A stretch of 38,617 nucleotides of DNA from a virus: positions 1 to 38,617 of the IMG/VR virus record IMGVR_UViG_3300033997_000170; one strand, given 5' to 3'. Both the position numbers and the translations under genes were made by a program. Each line of letters begins with the position of its first letter. Within the stretch, counting starts at the first letter, position 1. Below, one piece after another: positions 24,762-31,923 of the stretch. The notes under the pieces are model-generated. The model saw only the letters and a program-made list of their open reading frames with translations, did no database searches and was not told the origin of the DNA.

Positions 24762-24787
24762 GGGAATGCCTCAGCCGCCGGCAGCGA

Positions 24788-26935
24788 TCACCGCCGGGGC
24801 TTCCTGATGATGTTGAAGCGGGACTTAGCCTTGGCCTTCGGGGCATCTGCCTTGCGGGTCGCCGCGGGCTTGGCCACCGGCTTGGTGACCTCCTCGGCTT
24901 CCTGCAGATCCTCGGCCGGCTCCTCCTGGTCAGCGTCAGCGACCGGGGCGGGCTCGTCGGGCAGGCGATCGGCAAGCGGGCCGGCCTTGATCGCCTCGCG
25001 CAGCTGCGCCTTGGTCAGCTGGCCCGCCTTGCGGCGGTGCAGCTTGGCGCGCATGGCCATGATGTATTGCATAGCCTCGCAGTCCAGGTAGTGGTTTTCG
25101 CCGACTTGGTCGAACTTGCCCTCAGACTCTCGCCACTCCTCGCCGACCAGCTGCTTGCAGTAGTCGTCGGTGACCTGCTGATGCAGCAGCCACCAGCCCG
25201 GGCGGGTGTCAGGGCGCCCGAAACGGCTATGCACCCAGCGCTTGGCCAGGGGCGAGTCGAATGCCCAACGGGCGTCGCCGCGCTTGCGGGTCTTGCCCTT
25301 GCGGTCGACCTCGACCACTTCCTTGCGGAACGGCTTGTCGAGGCGATCGCGCCCGCGCAGGGCTAACGCCCGGCCTTTGTGCTCGTTGATAAAGCCGTAG
25401 ACCTGGTCGTCGCGGTAGCCGATGTCGATGCCGGCCTCGTTGATCGGGTGGCCGTCGTAGTCGGTGTCGATCAGCTCGCTAAGCTGCTCCCAGACGGCGT
25501 CCTGGTCGGTCTCGCCCCAGAGCTCGCCGTGCTCGAGGAGCATCGAGCCGAGGCCGGCGTACCAGGCGCGGATCACGTACACCAGGCGGTTTTTCTGCAC
25601 GTCCACAGTGCAGAAGATCCGCAGCGGTTCGAGCAGCAGCTCGCCGGCCGCGTAGCCATAGCACTGGGCTCGAACCTCCTCCCAGCTTGGCGCATCGCCC
25701 GCCTCGGCGTAGCACTCGCCGAAACCGGTGTTGTAGACCGCCTGCAGCTTGGCAGGGTCGCCGGAGACTTGCGCCGCCAGCAGCTTCTTGGCCAGAAACC
25801 CGTAGGACTTCTTGACGGCAAACGAGCACAGCCCGGAGACCCATATCGAGTAGTGGGTGAAGCCCGCGGTGTCGGCTTCGCCGCGGATCTCGCCGGCCTT
25901 GCTGACCGACTCGCCCGGGGCGACCGCCACGCCGCGCTGATTCATCCAGGGGCGCCACTTGTCCTCGATCATGCAGCCGTTACCTGGGCAGGCCAGGCGC
26001 GCATGCTTGAAGGCCTCGTCGGGCGTGCATTCATCTGGCGAGCCCTTGCCAGGCCACCACAGCAGATCCGACCAGGGCACGAAGTACTCGCCGCAATGCG
26101 GGCACGGTACCGCCCACTCGTGGCGCGTGCCGCTCTGCCAGAGCTGCCAGATCTTCGAGCTAATCGCCTGGGTCTTGCCGACTACCCAATGCCACAGCCC
26201 AGTGCGCGGATCCGCGCGGCGCTCGACCTTGCCCGCCGTCGGGGTGGCGGTGTAGCCCACTTTCGAGTCGGCGTAGGCATCGCCCCGCGCCTCGATGATT
26301 TCGGTGGTGTCGCCTTCGCCCGTGTTCACGATGCGGTCGACCTCGTCGACCATCACCAGGCCGGCAGAGTCGGCGGCGAGCTCAGTCGGCGAGCCAGCCC
26401 AGGCGAAGCGGAACTTGGTACCGCCCAGCCACTTAACCGTCTGGGTGCTGCGCGCCTCATACTTCGCCGCCAGCGACTCGCACTCGGTAAACATGGCCAT
26501 GAACTTGGGCTCGACCGTGCCGCTAATCAGCGGCTTTGTCGGCGCCACGTACAGGCACGGCGTCGGATCCTCGTCGAGCCGGTGGCCGATGATGTTCTCC
26601 ATCGTCACCGACTTGCCCATCTGGGTGCCCATGACGAAGGTCACCCGGGAAAAGCACGGCTGCGAGAAGGCCCAGGCCACCGGGCGCATATAGGGGTTGG
26701 TGTCGGGGTTGAACGGCCCAGGTATCGGCGCGCTCGGCGGCATCACCCGCTTGTCGCGCGCCCACTCGTCGCTAGTCCTCGGCGGCGGCGCCTGCACCAT
26801 CGTCGCGACGAAGTGAATCGAGCTCGCCAGCTTCTGCAGCGAAGGCGCGTGCGCGATGTTCGAGGCGGTCGGCTGTAGCCGCGCGGATTCGCCGCGTCTC
26901 CTCAAGTAGTCGAGCTCGGATTGTGGCAGGGTCAT
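24788..26935 (-). CDS. terL: Terminase large subunit (lambda gpA family)
   Basis: SDEWARDKRVMPP..., the Walker-like block VTFVMGTQMGKS and MVDEVDRI. I prefer the start at 26935 on third-position GC; the alternative ATG is at 26800. Confidence 0.85.
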   Translation of the reverse strand: MTLPQSELDYLRRRGESARLQPTASNIAHAPSLQKLASSIHFVATMVQAPPPRTSDEWARDKRVMPPSAPIPGPFNPDTNPYMRPVAWAFSQPCFSRVTFVMGTQMGKSVTMENIIGHRLDEDPTPCLYVAPTKPLISGTVEPKFMAMFTECESLAAKYEARSTQTVKWLGGTKFRFAWAGSPTELAADSAGLVMVDEVDRIVNTGEGDTTEIIEARGDAYADSKVGYTATPTAGKVERRADPRTGLWHWVVGKTQAISSKIWQLWQSGTRHEWAVPCPHCGEYFVPWSDLLWWPGKGSPDECTPDEAFKHARLACPGNGCMIEDKWRPWMNQRGVAVAPGESVSKAGEIRGEADTAGFTHYSIWVSGLCSFAVKKSYGFLAKKLLAAQVSGDPAKLQAVYNTGFGECYAEAGDAPSWEEVRAQCYGYAAGELLLEPLRIFCTVDVQKNRLVYVIRAWYAGLGSMLLEHGELWGETDQDAVWEQLSELIDTDYDGHPINEAGIDIGYRDDQVYGFINEHKGRALALRGRDRLDKPFRKEVVEVDRKGKTRKRGDARWAFDSPLAKRWVHSRFGRPDTRPGWWLLHQQVTDDYCKQLVGEEWRESEGKFDQVGENHYLDCEAMQYIMAMRAKLHRRKAGQLTKAQLREAIKAGPLADRLPDEPAPVADADQEEPAEDLQEAEEVTKPVAKPAATRKADAPKAKAKSRFNIIRKPRR

Positions 26936-27341
26936 CGAGCACCGCCAGGTCAGAGGCGCACCGGCTTGGCAGGGAGTCGAGCTGGGTCGCGTAGACCGCC
27001 GCAATGCTGGTGGCAAGGGTGATAACGGCGTCGATCGGCACAAGCCGCCCGCGCTCTTTGTCGATCTCGATCTGCAGCTTCTCGCGGCGGGCGCGCTTGA
27101 GCAGGCGCTCCTCGGTTGAGGCCGAGCCGGCGCCCTCGTCGTCGTCGCCCTCCTCGCCCAGCTCGCGCCGAACTTCACGGGCGATCAGCCACTCGATGGC
27201 GGCCTGGCTGTCGATCTGCACGGCCACGCCGCGGCCACCGCCGCCGCATGTGGGCAGGCCCTCCTCGATCAGCTTCGAGATCCAGCGCTCTGACTTGCCC
27301 AGCAGGTCGGCCAGGTCTTTCTTGCTGATGATCTTGGCCAT
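26772..27341 (-). CDS. terS: Terminase small subunit (Nu1-like, N-terminal wHTH)
   Basis: MAKIISKKDLADLLGKSERWISKLIEEGLP HTH, positioned upstream of terL. The TTG start at 27389 was rejected. Confidence 0.75.
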   Translation of the reverse strand: MAKIISKKDLADLLGKSERWISKLIEEGLPTCGGGGRGVAVQIDSQAAIEWLIAREVRRELGEEGDDDEGAGSASTEERLLKRARREKLQIEIDKERGRLVPIDAVITLATSIAAVYATQLDSLPSRCASDLAVLDDPATIRARLLEETRRIRAATADRLEHRARAFAAEAGELDSLRRDDGAGAAAED

Positions 27342-27360
27342 AGGGGAGAAAGGACTAAGG

Positions 27361-27395
27361 GCGAAAGGTACAAAAGGCCAAAGGCGCAAAAGTCC
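27361..27395 (-). promoter_or_regulatory. Dispersed motif site B (reverse orientation): ACTTTTGCGCCTTTGGCCTTTTGTACCTTTCGC
   Basis: Lies 20-55 nt upstream of the terS ATG and matches sites A, C and D. Confidence 0.5.
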
Positions 27396-27584
27396 TTTTT
27401 GACTTCTGCCCTTTGGGCTTTCCGTGAATAGGGTCGAGGCCTAGCCGCGCCTGGCCGCGAGGTCAGTCGGGCGATGCAGGCCGGCAGGCCTCGAGATAGG
27501 AAGAACGGACTCGACTCGCGAGCCCAAACACGCGCGAGGCCCGCGAGTTTCACACCCGTGAAGGGGGAGGGGCCGGGGGAGTAC

Positions 27585-28157
27585 CTAAACCCCTGGCGCG
27601 GGCAGGGCTTCGACCTTCGGGGCTTTGCAGCGCGAGCACGGACAGATCGACTCGGTCGGTTCGAGCTCGACGATGGCGCCGGCCTGGCACTGCCCCTGGC
27701 ATTCTGCGCAGGGCGCGGTCTGATGAATCGCCACGAACGGAACGGCCGAGGCGGCCCACACGTCGGCCAGCTCGGGCGGCATGTTGGCCGCCACCTCGAG
27801 CACCTGGTCGAGGCCGCCGAGCTCCTGCAGGTCGAGCAGGTTGCGCTTCAAGCGGTAACCCTCGAGCTCCCACAGCTGACCGCGGGCCGCATCCTTCGCC
27901 CGGGAGATCGCGCGATTGCGCCCGACCATCTCGTCGAAGTTCGCAGCGCTTGCAGCGCCAGACTTGCCCAGGGCCACCACGATATTGCCCGGCGCGATGG
28001 CCGCGGCCACCGTCACGGTGGTGCCCGGGATCACGTAGGTGTGGAAGCTCAGCTGGTTGACCAGGTCGTCGATCTGCTCGGGCAGCACGCGCGGGGCGGT
28101 CAGGCCCTTGGCCAGGATCTGCGCCTCGAGGGCCTTGTCTTGTTCGCTTGGGGTCAT
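27585..28157 (-). CDS. Gp49/Gp66-like phage protein with a Cys-rich C-terminal extension (190 aa)
   Basis: TYVIPGTTVTVAAAIAPGNIVVALGKSGAASAANFD...GQLWELEGY pattern, followed by the CAECQGQC...CPCSRC tail. Confidence 0.5.
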   Translation of the reverse strand: MTPSEQDKALEAQILAKGLTAPRVLPEQIDDLVNQLSFHTYVIPGTTVTVAAAIAPGNIVVALGKSGAASAANFDEMVGRNRAISRAKDAARGQLWELEGYRLKRNLLDLQELGGLDQVLEVAANMPPELADVWAASAVPFVAIHQTAPCAECQGQCQAGAIVELEPTESICPCSRCKAPKVEALPAPGV

Positions 28158-28447
28158 GGGCGGGCCTTCTGCTTTCGGTTGAATTGATCCAGCTCGGCGA
28201 GCGCGGCGCGCTTGGCGGCGCGGCGCGTGCGGTAGAGCGGGCAGTGCTTGGCGATATGCTCGACCAGCTCAGGGCGCAGGCGGTACGGGTACCACTCACC
28301 CTCGGCCGGCCAGTGACCGGCGGCGCGGCTGGTGACCAGGTACTCTTGAACCACCGGGCGCGGCGTCAGCGTCATCATGTCGAGCCAGGCGACGAAGAAC
28401 GTGTGCCCGGCGCGCAGCTCGGCGGGCCGGTAAGTGCGCCGCTTCAT
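28154..28447 (-). CDS. Hypothetical protein (97 aa)
   Basis: Present in the ORF track, overlapping stops and starts with both neighbours. Confidence 0.5.
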   Translation of the reverse strand: MKRRTYRPAELRAGHTFFVAWLDMMTLTPRPVVQEYLVTSRAAGHWPAEGEWYPYRLRPELVEHIAKHCPLYRTRRAAKRAALAELDQFNRKQKARP

Positions 28448-28950
28448 TCCTTCGCCCCTTGGGTGATCGCCTGGTGCTCGCGCAGGTACTCCTGCAGCTT
28501 GCTCAGCTGCTCGGCGTTTGCGTGGCAGGCGGTGTAGTTTTCGGCGACGGTGCCGGCGACGGCAGAGAGCGCAACTCCCGAGGCGGCTTCATCAGCAGCG
28601 CCGGCAGATCCAGGGGCTGGCAATCCTGCCGCGACTGCGTCGTGCAGCCGGACAAAGCCAGCAGGGACAGGGCAAGCGCGGTCGGCAGCTTCGGAGACAT
28701 AGATGGGCACCTCTTTGATGATGGTCTGGCCGCGCTTCTCGATGACTTGAACACGGTCGACGTACTCGGTGACGACGCGGTCGCGCACCGTTCCCAGCTG
28801 TCGGCCTTGCTCGAAGGCCTGGCGCAGCTGCTCGTGCTCGAGGGCCTTCGCCTGGGCCTGCTCGTGGCTTGCGCCTCGAGTCCAGCCCAGGAGGTAGATC
28901 AGCCCGGCAATGACCAGCAAGCCCGCGAGGGCGGCGATTCTCGACTTCAT
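28444..28950 (-). CDS. Rz: i-spanin (Rz-like, 168 aa, N-terminal TM helix)
   Basis: MKSRIAALAGLLVIAGLIYLLGW followed by a coiled periplasmic domain. ATG at 28948-28950. Confidence 0.75.
   Translation of the reverse strand: MKSRIAALAGLLVIAGLIYLLGWTRGASHEQAQAKALEHEQLRQAFEQGRQLGTVRDRVVTEYVDRVQVIEKRGQTIIKEVPIYVSEAADRACPVPAGFVRLHDAVAAGLPAPGSAGAADEAASGVALSAVAGTVAENYTACHANAEQLSKLQEYLREHQAITQGAKE
28503..28700 (-). CDS. Rz1: o-spanin lipoprotein (Rz1-like, 65 aa) embedded in the Rz gene in another frame
   Basis: MSPKLPTALALSLLALSGC lipobox, Pro-rich mature part, entirely inside the Rz gene. Confidence 0.7.
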   Translation of the reverse strand: MSPKLPTALALSLLALSGCTTQSRQDCQPLDLPALLMKPPRELRSLPSPAPSPKTTPPATQTPSS

Positions 28951-29498
28951 AGGCGCACCAGGTAGACAGAGCGCTGCAGCTCCCGGCGCACCGGGATGCC
29001 GCGGCAGTTGTTTTTCGGATCCCGGCAATCGAGGCCGGCGACGAACATCCAGCGCATGAACTGCTCGGCCGCGCGCTCGTGCATGCCGGCCTTGGCCAGC
29101 TGCAGCAGCGTCGAGCGGGCCAGCGCGCCGATGCCCACGTTGTAGGCAAAGTCGGCCATGGCGATCTTGGCGAACAGTGGGGCGTCTGGCGCCGCGCGCA
29201 TGACGTAGTCCACCGCCTGGCCCAGGTCGGCCTGCAGGTAGGCCTCGCACTGCTCAGGCGTGGCCACGTCGCCGCGCCTGACGCCTTTCGTGTGGCCGGT
29301 GCAGATCGTCCAGACGCCGCCGGAATCGGGGTAGGCCTCATAGACCGTGCCCTCCATTTCCGGCGTCATCACCAGCAGGGCGGCGACGATGGCCGCGCGC
29401 TCGACCGGCGCCGGCAGGCCCGTTTCGTTCACCGTGAAGCCGGCCGCGGCAAGCGTCAGGGTCACCGCGGCGACCATGCGCTTAATCAGGCCCTTCAT
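28947..29498 (-). CDS. SAR endolysin (GH24 lysozyme, 183 aa)
   Basis: N-terminal MKGLIKRMVAAVTLTLAAAGFTV weakly hydrophobic anchor. Catalytic E-x8-D-x5-T in EGTVYEAYPDSGGVWT. GGTGGAG SD. Confidence 0.8.
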   Translation of the reverse strand: MKGLIKRMVAAVTLTLAAAGFTVNETGLPAPVERAAIVAALLVMTPEMEGTVYEAYPDSGGVWTICTGHTKGVRRGDVATPEQCEAYLQADLGQAVDYVMRAAPDAPLFAKIAMADFAYNVGIGALARSTLLQLAKAGMHERAAEQFMRWMFVAGLDCRDPKNNCRGIPVRRELQRSVYLVRL

Positions 29499-29737
29499 GG
29501 CTCCACCTGGCGGCAGGCTGGCGGATCTCGGCGGCTGCGCATGTGGCGCACGAGCGGGATCAGCCAGCGGCGCACCACCAGGTCGAGGAACAGGCCGGCC
29601 GCGTACAGGCAGCCGAAAACGAGCGTCCACTCCTGCAGGGTCAGCCCCCACAGCACCAGAGACGCGCCGAACGGCGCCGCCTTGGCGGCCTCGATCTTGA
29701 GCGCCCCAGCGAGCGCGACGTCGTCAGCAGCAGCCAT
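29495..29737 (-). CDS. Holin, pinholin-like with two TMDs (80 aa)
   Basis: Starts at MAAADDV with a GGAGG SD. Two hydrophobic segments, a basic C-terminus, and position upstream of the SAR endolysin. Confidence 0.65.
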   Translation of the reverse strand: MAAADDVALAGALKIEAAKAAPFGASLVLWGLTLQEWTLVFGCLYAAGLFLDLVVRRWLIPLVRHMRSRRDPPACRQVEP

Positions 29738-29750
29738 GAGGCGGCCTCCA

Positions 29751-29777
29751 GAATAGAAAACCCCGCACATGGCGGGG
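29751..29777 (-). terminator. Hairpin CCCCGC/GCGGGG followed by TTTTCTATTC, just upstream of the holin SD
   Basis: Read on the minus strand. Confidence 0.45.
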
Positions 29778-29910
29778 CTGGGGAAGTGCAGGCCGTGGCC
29801 TGCATGAGGAGAGAAGGGGCGGCGCCTGCCGGCCGGGAACTCCCAGCCCTGCAGCAGGCCCGCCAGGTAGAGGGCTTACATACATGCCTCCAGGTCAGCG
29901 AGTACCGGAA

Positions 29911-29940
29911 ACGAAAAAGCCCGCCAAGAGGCGGGCTTTA
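29911..29940 (-). terminator. Rho-independent terminator (AAGCCCGCC/GGCGGGCTT + TTTTTCGTTT on the minus strand)
   Basis: Strong stem-loop with a T-run, at the end of the early operon. Confidence 0.7.
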
Positions 29941-29981
29941 GTCGTTTGTATCGCAGAGTGGGTAAATTACCCCGTGCGCCC

Positions 29982-30233
29982 TTACTTTTGCAAGGGGTCA
30001 TTTGCACATTTTCGCAAAAGGCCGCTTTGGCAAATGCACTTTTGGCCATTGGTACAATTGACCTCGACCAGCTCGGCGTCTGCCTTGTGCACGATATTGA
30101 TGTAGCCGGCAGGCTCCCGCGACCAGTAACAGTCGGCCTCCTCGCGAACCAGCGGCACCACCTGGCCGACCAGGCCCGCGTACCACATGTGCGGGTCCCG
30201 ACAGTTGGTGACCCTCAGCGCACGCCCCTTCAT
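29982..30233 (-). CDS. Hypothetical protein (83 aa)
   Basis: Starts at MKGRALRVTN with an ATGA overlap to the upstream gene. The 3' end runs into AT-rich motif site D. Confidence 0.5.
   Translation of the reverse strand: MKGRALRVTNCRDPHMWYAGLVGQVVPLVREEADCYWSREPAGYINIVHKADAELVEVNCTNGQKCICQSGLLRKCANDPLQK
29985..30056 (+). promoter_or_regulatory. Dispersed motif site D: TTTTGCAAGGGG + TTTGCACATTTTCGC + ATGCACTTTTGGCC
   Basis: Same two-part motif order as site C. The 12-mer TTTTGCAAGGGG recurs exactly at 33777-33788. Confidence 0.45.
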
Positions 30234-30547
30234 CGCGTAGCCCTCGCCCAGCCAGCCCGGGAACCCTCGAGCGAGCCATAACCATGGTCGACGAAGTCGC
30301 AGCACGGGCAGCGACTGCCCCACTTGCCGCCACTGATGAAGAAGCGCGGCACGCCCTGGTCTATGCAGGTATGCCGCGGCATATCCTCGTCGTTGACCAG
30401 GTTCCAGCTGGCCAAGGCCCGGCTATCGCTTGGCGTGGCCTCGCCGCGGTTGTTGCACACCGGACAGATCCACATGACCAGCCCGGTGCCCTCCTGCTGA
30501 CGCCGCTCGGGCGGCACCTGGCAATGGATGCAGAGCACGGCGGCCAT
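30230..30547 (-). CDS. Lar-like zinc-finger protein (restriction-alleviation family, tentative; 105 aa)
   Basis: CIHCQ...WICPVCNNRGEATPSDSRALASWN matches the Lar pattern CPFCG...W.V.C..C...A...WN. Confidence 0.45.
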   Translation of the reverse strand: MAAVLCIHCQVPPERRQQEGTGLVMWICPVCNNRGEATPSDSRALASWNLVNDEDMPRHTCIDQGVPRFFISGGKWGSRCPCCDFVDHGYGSLEGSRAGWARATR

Positions 30548-30549
30548 GG

Positions 30550-30876
30550 TCAGTCCCAGGAGCTCGAGGAGCTCGAGCTGCAGCTGCTCGAGGAGTCAGA
30601 CCCCGACCAGCTCGAGGAGCTGTCAGAGGCGAAGCTGCTCGAGCAACTGACAGAGCGGCGATCATCATCGAGCACGGCCGACATCAGCAGCGCCTGGTTA
30701 ACGCCCAACGGGTCGCCTTGGTGTACCGGCGTCGAGTAGGCCGGCGACGGGCTATAGGCCGGCGGTACCGGCCGGGTGCGCGCCTGGTCGAGCCGCGCGG
30801 CCTCGAACTGGCGAACGCTATCCAGAGACTTGCGTGCCTTGCGCGCCAACAGACGCCGCTTGATCCATCCGAACAT
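30550..30876 (-). CDS. Hypothetical protein with a basic N-terminus and a poly-Ser/Asp C-terminal tail (108 aa)
   Basis: Strong GAGGAGG SD and MFGWIKRRLLARKARK start. The C-terminal tail reads SSSFASDSSSSWSGSDSSSSCSSSSSSSWD. Confidence 0.5.
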   Translation of the reverse strand: MFGWIKRRLLARKARKSLDSVRQFEAARLDQARTRPVPPAYSPSPAYSTPVHQGDPLGVNQALLMSAVLDDDRRSVSCSSSFASDSSSSWSGSDSSSSCSSSSSSSWD

Positions 30877-30886
30877 ACCTACCTCC

Positions 30887-31705
30887 TCACTTGTCGTTGT
30901 ATTGCTGCAGCACCGCCCGCAGGGCCTCCTCGTCCAGGCGCTCGAGCGCCTCGAGGAGCGCCTTCCAGCGAGGGCGCCAGTGCTGGTCGTAGTTGCTCGT
31001 GGTAACGCCCAGCAGCTCAGCCAGGCGGGCGGCCGAGTACAGCTCGGTGCCGGCGTTCGCATAGCGCTTGCCATGCTGCACAGCGAGGTGCGCCAGGCCC
31101 TTGGCCTTGGCCAGCGTCTTGGCCTGCATCTTGCCCAGCCCAGGGGCCACACGCGCCCACAGCTCGACCACTGCGCCGGCCTCGTCGGCCCACTCTTTCG
31201 AGTCGGCGTAGGCATAGCGCAGCCAGTGGCGGTAGGCCGGCGCCTGGGCGGCCACGATGCGCACCAGGCGCGCGTCGTCGAAGGCGCTCGGCGGCAGCGG
31301 GTCGGAGCTGGTCTTTTTCTTGCGGGTCTCGCTGACAGTCACGCGGGTGGTATCCCTGGCCAGGCTGGCCACGTAGTCGAGGGGCAGGCGCTTGGCCTGG
31401 CCGCCGTCGGCCGGGCACTCGGCCAGCTCCTCGGCCCGCCAGCGCGGAAAAGCGTCACGGGTGGTGCTGGTGTCGTAGGCGCCCAGGATCTTCTGGGGCG
31501 GCCTGTCGTCGCGGTAGTCGCCCGGGGCCAGGAAGGCGAACATCAGGCGCTCGCGCAGCCACTGCAGATCCTGCAGGGTCACCTCCGGCACGCGCCAGGC
31601 GCGGCGCGGGCGGCGGGACAGGGGCGCGGCATCTTCCAGCTCGACCCAGCCCTCAGCCGTCGACGGAACCAGCGCGACGTGGCGGATCTCGAGAGCGAAG
31701 GTCAT
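30887..31705 (-). CDS. Q-like late-gene antiterminator (tentative; 272 aa)
   Basis: The C-terminal region WLRYAYADS...SNYDQHWRPRWKALLEALERLDEEALRAV resembles the lambda Q C-terminus (TQPTWSRTVKPLYDALVVQCHKEESIADNIL). AGGAGG SD. It lies upstream of the terminators and the lysis genes. Confidence 0.5.
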   Translation of the reverse strand: MTFALEIRHVALVPSTAEGWVELEDAAPLSRRPRRAWRVPEVTLQDLQWLRERLMFAFLAPGDYRDDRPPQKILGAYDTSTTRDAFPRWRAEELAECPADGGQAKRLPLDYVASLARDTTRVTVSETRKKKTSSDPLPPSAFDDARLVRIVAAQAPAYRHWLRYAYADSKEWADEAGAVVELWARVAPGLGKMQAKTLAKAKGLAHLAVQHGKRYANAGTELYSAARLAELLGVTTSNYDQHWRPRWKALLEALERLDEEALRAVLQQYNDK

Positions 31706-31923
31706 AGCGCACGCCTCCTGGCCAGGCAGGGGATGCCAGAGCAGAGCGTGCAACGGCGCGCGGCGGCGAAAACCGCCAGGCGCGCCGCGTCAATCTCCCG
31801 GCCGCATGCCGCGCATGAAGGCCGCGAGGGCGAGGCCGAGCGCAGCTCGGCGTCGATCAATTCAGCCAGGGCGACAGCATCGGCCTGGCTCAGTTCGAGA
31901 GGGGCGGGCTCATGCGTCAGCAT
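31702..31923 (-). CDS. TraR/DksA-type C4 zinc-finger protein (73 aa)
   Basis: CAACGREIDAARLAVFAAARRCTLC. Confidence 0.65.
   Translation of the reverse strand: MLTHEPAPLELSQADAVALAELIDAELRSASPSRPSCAACGREIDAARLAVFAAARRCTLCSGIPCLARRRAL

Noticed and set aside
20273-25091. Very long plus-strand ORFs (868 aa and 902 aa) opposite the capsid, portal and terminase genes. Similar ones occur at 6689-7996, 9494-11083, 12254-13525, 17156-18172, 18399-19550 and, on the minus strand, 34670-36370
   Set aside because: They are GC-rich shadow ORFs with low-complexity Arg/Ala/Gly/Leu translations. Each lies opposite a gene with clear phage homology and a proper SD.
30284-30739. 151-aa plus-strand ORF with an acidic coiled-coil-like C-terminus
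   Set aside because: Its N-terminal two-thirds is antisense to the Lar-like gene and it has no SD. The minus-strand ORF has a strong SD and fits the operon. The ambiguity of the repeat part is kept as a finding.
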